From assembly GCA_965226055.1 (NCBI GenBank), contig CBDDCA010000005.1:384001-448000 (forward strand): 64,000 nt of DNA, given 5' to 3'. Source of the stretch: Spirochaetia bacterium. Its GTDB lineage: Bacteria; Spirochaetota; Spirochaetia; WTKD01; G963693115. Below the pieces are notes generated by a model. The model was not told the origin of the DNA. It saw only the letters and a program-made list of their open reading frames with translations, and did not search any database. Positions within the stretch are counted from its first letter, which is position 1. Each line of letters begins with the position of its first letter. This document shows positions 62,001-64,000 of the stretch, piece after piece. A program made the translations under genes and the position numbers.

Positions 62001-64000
62001 TACACGGTATATACAAGATTACTGTTATCTGTTATTGTTTGTCCTGTACTGTCTTTTGCATTCGTAAACTGTGTCAGTTGTGTGAGTTCTAGCTTTAATT
62101 TTTCTACTGCGCTTGATTGTCCCAACGATAGTATATTGTTCACTAAGGATTGTTTTGGCGGTACTGCTGGTGATACTGTAATGCTCTCTATAGTACTCAA
62201 TACTTTTTTTGTCTTGTCTGTTGCTACTGCTACCTCTGCTACAAAATGATACTGCTTGCCTGCTACAAGCGATACTTGTGCTGCTGAATCGCTTGTTAAT
62301 CCTAGCTTATCCAATGCTTCTACTGTGTATACTCCTGCAGTGTTTGCTCCACTGGCACTGCCTATGGCTACTTTTCTTCCATTGCTTACTACTTCTTGTG
62401 CATTTGCTGGGTTCGTATCTTTCTGTAAGCCGTACACTGTGTAGCTTAGCCCTGTGTTATCGTTTATCGCTGCTCCTGTGTCTGCTTTGAGTCCTGTAAA
62501 ACTTGTCAATCTTCGTAATGTGAGCTTTACGGCTCCTGTACTACTTGATTGTTCCATAGAAAAATTACCAGACAATGCCCCTGCTGATGGTGCTACTGCT
62601 TCTGAGTCTGTCGTCACACTTTCTACATTGCCTACTACTTTCTTAGTCATATCTGTTGCTACTGCTACCTCTACTACAAAATGATATTGCTTATTGCCAA
62701 GTATCCCTACTTGTGCTGAAGAGTCTGTAGTAAGCCCTAACTTATCTAAGCTATTGACTGTATACTTGCCTGCACTTACTGTGCCTATGGCTACTTTCCT
62801 TCCTGCAAGTACTTCATTTTTCGTAGGTGTGGTATCTTTCTGTAAGCCGTACACTGTGTAGCTCAGTCCTGTGTTATCGTTTATCGCTGCTCCTGTGTCT
62901 GCTTTGAGTCCTGTAAAGCTCGTGAGTACTGTTACTTCTAGCTTTACTTCTCCTACTGTTGTCGATTTACTCACTGCTAATATATCGTTCACTGAGGACT
63001 GCTGAGGTGCTACTGCTTTTGACGCTGTCTTTACTGTCTCTACAGTACTGTACACTTTCTTTGTTGTATCTGTTTTTACTGCTACTTCTGCGACAAAATA
63101 GTAATCTCTGTTACCTTTTATCGTTTCTACTGAGGGACTTGCTCCGAGTGTTGTGAGTGCATTGATCGTGTACTTTCCGCCACTTACTGCTCCTAATGCT
63201 ACTTTCTTGTTATTGTTTACTATATCCTGTATACTTGGGGCTGTTCCTGTCTTTTGTAGTCCATATACTGTATAGATAAGTCCTGCATTGCTAGTAATAT
63301 CTACTCCTACATCATCTTTTGCATTCGTAAATTGCGTTAATACTGTGAGATCTACTTTTACTGCTCCTACTGTTGTTGATGTACCCACCACTAATATATC
63401 GTTCACTAAGGACTGCGCAGGTGCTACTGCTTTTGATGACAGTACTACCGTCTTTATTGTTCCTACTACTTTCTTTGTCACATCTGTCTTTATTGCTACT
63501 TCTACTACAAAATGATACTGCTTTCTCTCTACTATATCTATTTGTCCTCCTGCATCTGTGGTAAGCCCTAACTTACTCAAGCCAGAGACTGTATACTTGC
63601 CGTCTCTTGCACTTCCTATGGCTACTTTTCTTCCATTGCTTACTACTTCTTGTGCATTTGCTGGGTTCGTATCTTTCTGTAAGCCATATACGGTATATAC
63701 CAGTCCTGCATTACTGGTGATTGCTGTGCCTGTATCGTCTTTTGCTTGTGCACTTGCAAAGTTTGTCAATTCTGTGAGTTCCAAGTCTATCGTGCCTGTT
63801 GGTATTGGGTTTGTTTCCTCTACTGTCAAGAGCGGGTTTATTGCAATTTGTAGCGGTGCTTTTGCTTGCGAGCCTGTTGTCACACTTTCTACTGCTCCGT
63901 ATACTTTCTTGGTCGTATCTGTTTTTACTGCTACTTCTACCACAAAATGATATTGTGCTTTCCCTTTTATTGCTATTTGTACCTTTGGTGTTTCGCTTGT
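59069..64000 (-). CDS. Giant repeat-expanded surface protein with DUF285/BspA-type tip (5' end outside window)
   Basis: Frame open to window edge; at least 7 ~140-aa YTVYGLQK...HFVxEVA units, then FN3 modules and seven 25-aa W-repeats. Confidence 0.92.
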   Translation of the reverse strand, partial: TSETPKVQIAIKGKAQYHFVVEVAVKTDTTKKVYGAVESVTTGSQAKAPLQIAINPLLTVEETNPIPTGTIDLELTELTNFASAQAKDDTGTAITSNAGLVYTVYGLQKDTNPANAQEVVSNGRKVAIGSARDGKYTVSGLSKLGLTTDAGGQIDIVERKQYHFVVEVAIKTDVTKKVVGTIKTVVLSSKAVAPAQSLVNDILVVGTSTTVGAVKVDLTVLTQFTNAKDDVGVDITSNAGLIYTVYGLQKTGTAPSIQDIVNNNKKVALGAVSGGKYTINALTTLGASPSVETIKGNRDYYFVAEVAVKTDTTKKVYSTVETVKTASKAVAPQQSSVNDILAVSKSTTVGEVKLEVTVLTSFTGLKADTGAAINDNTGLSYTVYGLQKDTTPTKNEVLAGRKVAIGTVSAGKYTVNSLDKLGLTTDSSAQVGILGNKQYHFVVEVAVATDMTKKVVGNVESVTTDSEAVAPSAGALSGNFSMEQSSSTGAVKLTLRRLTSFTGLKADTGAAINDNTGLSYTVYGLQKDTNPANAQEVVSNGRKVAIGSASGANTAGVYTVEALDKLGLTSDSAAQVSLVAGKQYHFVAEVAVATDKTKKVLSTIESITVSPAVPPKQSLVNNILSLGQSSAVEKLKLELTQLTQFTNAKDSTGQTITDNSNLVYTVYGLQKDTNPANVQEIVSNGRKVAIGTVSGGKYTVEALDKLGLTSDSAAQIDLDGGKKYHFVAEVAIARVPEKRVYSTVQRITVSQAVAPQQSLVTDILTVRSDPSVNRGGIVVNVTLLTTFTGAKKFDGSNVTANADLEYNAYLLKDTGSIPTAAEVHTGGTEISLSKLVQGVSLFANTFTFTVQSETKYHFVVEVVIKSDTAKTVYSSVKAITSTKISSEAIAPPKVLLDNKLAVSQSSPIGAIKLVLTQLSEFAHGSGLDRVYTQTRGGDNINDNKELVYIVFGLQQDTVPTAQEVIDKGSEIVLPALSGSTVKGGKYTLNALSTVGGASIKGKRYHFVFQIAVKTDLDAKVVSDVESILVDTLVPTEVNAITFTSISGGANGTATVQWDAPTLGNNYKNKAGTALQASQVSYKVYHAEKGATARTVAQIKAADSSPMTIGANVKTAGLTSLKAGVNYEVVVQAVNSTDTTKMSDGKRAEFKTAQGAAPNTPTVALEANGNTIEVDVTAPSFKGTKTDGTGLTEDELSYTLYYYASTSTLTAAQVKTQAQAEQAKGSNQDAKVGGVKTDVTSKAIYVLGNLNKGQKYFITVEAVNSIVNNRSIPTSAESVTTATFTIELQNSNSTYTVGTAITPITITKDPGNATFSCTIDALAKETGLQFSVRDGITGKPNKSNEHDPFIREYKYTLVCTGTGSHAGQQRRSITIQTGLQAVQGKAANYYRPTTKNALRDIIDAEVKAQGNAPNLNMIDTSAITDMEYLLYNQGSYTYQYLKPTKFNGNISNWNTSNVTTMSNMLVDAWVFNRDVSQWDTSNVTDMDGLFKANVKFDQDISGWNVSNVRSMSQMFYANADFNQDISDWDVSNVQDMSSMFLAADKFNQDISKWKVHNVSNMDRMFRLTKAFNQDISDWTIQANISYKDMFKEATAFDQNLSKWKICTYKASDTFDAMFTGSAMAGKTAQYPTKLDSSSNKDVCF

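Overview
AT-rich bacterial DNA, almost certainly from a spirochaete: two FlaA-type sheath genes, a flaB with a sigma28 promoter and a GGA-loop leader hairpin, and a FlgD-Ig/OmpA protein. About 25 kb encodes five giant surface proteins built from shared modules. Three are near-identical ~1500-aa paralogues (<1-4117, 23988-28554 frameshifted, 28706-33292); the two whose ends are visible have a conserved FN3-rich stalk and a divergent DUF285/BspA-type repeat tip. One is a 17x FN3 tandem protein (40992-47255), and one is a repeat-expanded paralogue running off the right edge (59069->64000). They show patchwork sequence sharing, a G16 tract in one leader and an A15 tract upstream of another, consistent with a phase- and antigen-variable surface system. 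Also present: a Moco biosynthesis cluster with nitrate reductase and NarK bracketed by 24-bp direct repeats, a Cys-rich metallothionein-like peptide before clpB, a membrane protein with a degenerate Mrr-like nuclease domain, a DUF2335 two-gene module, tRNA-Cys and housekeeping genes. No transposase, integrase, reverse transcriptase or CRISPR array was seen. All family assignments come from motif recognition by eye, not database searches.
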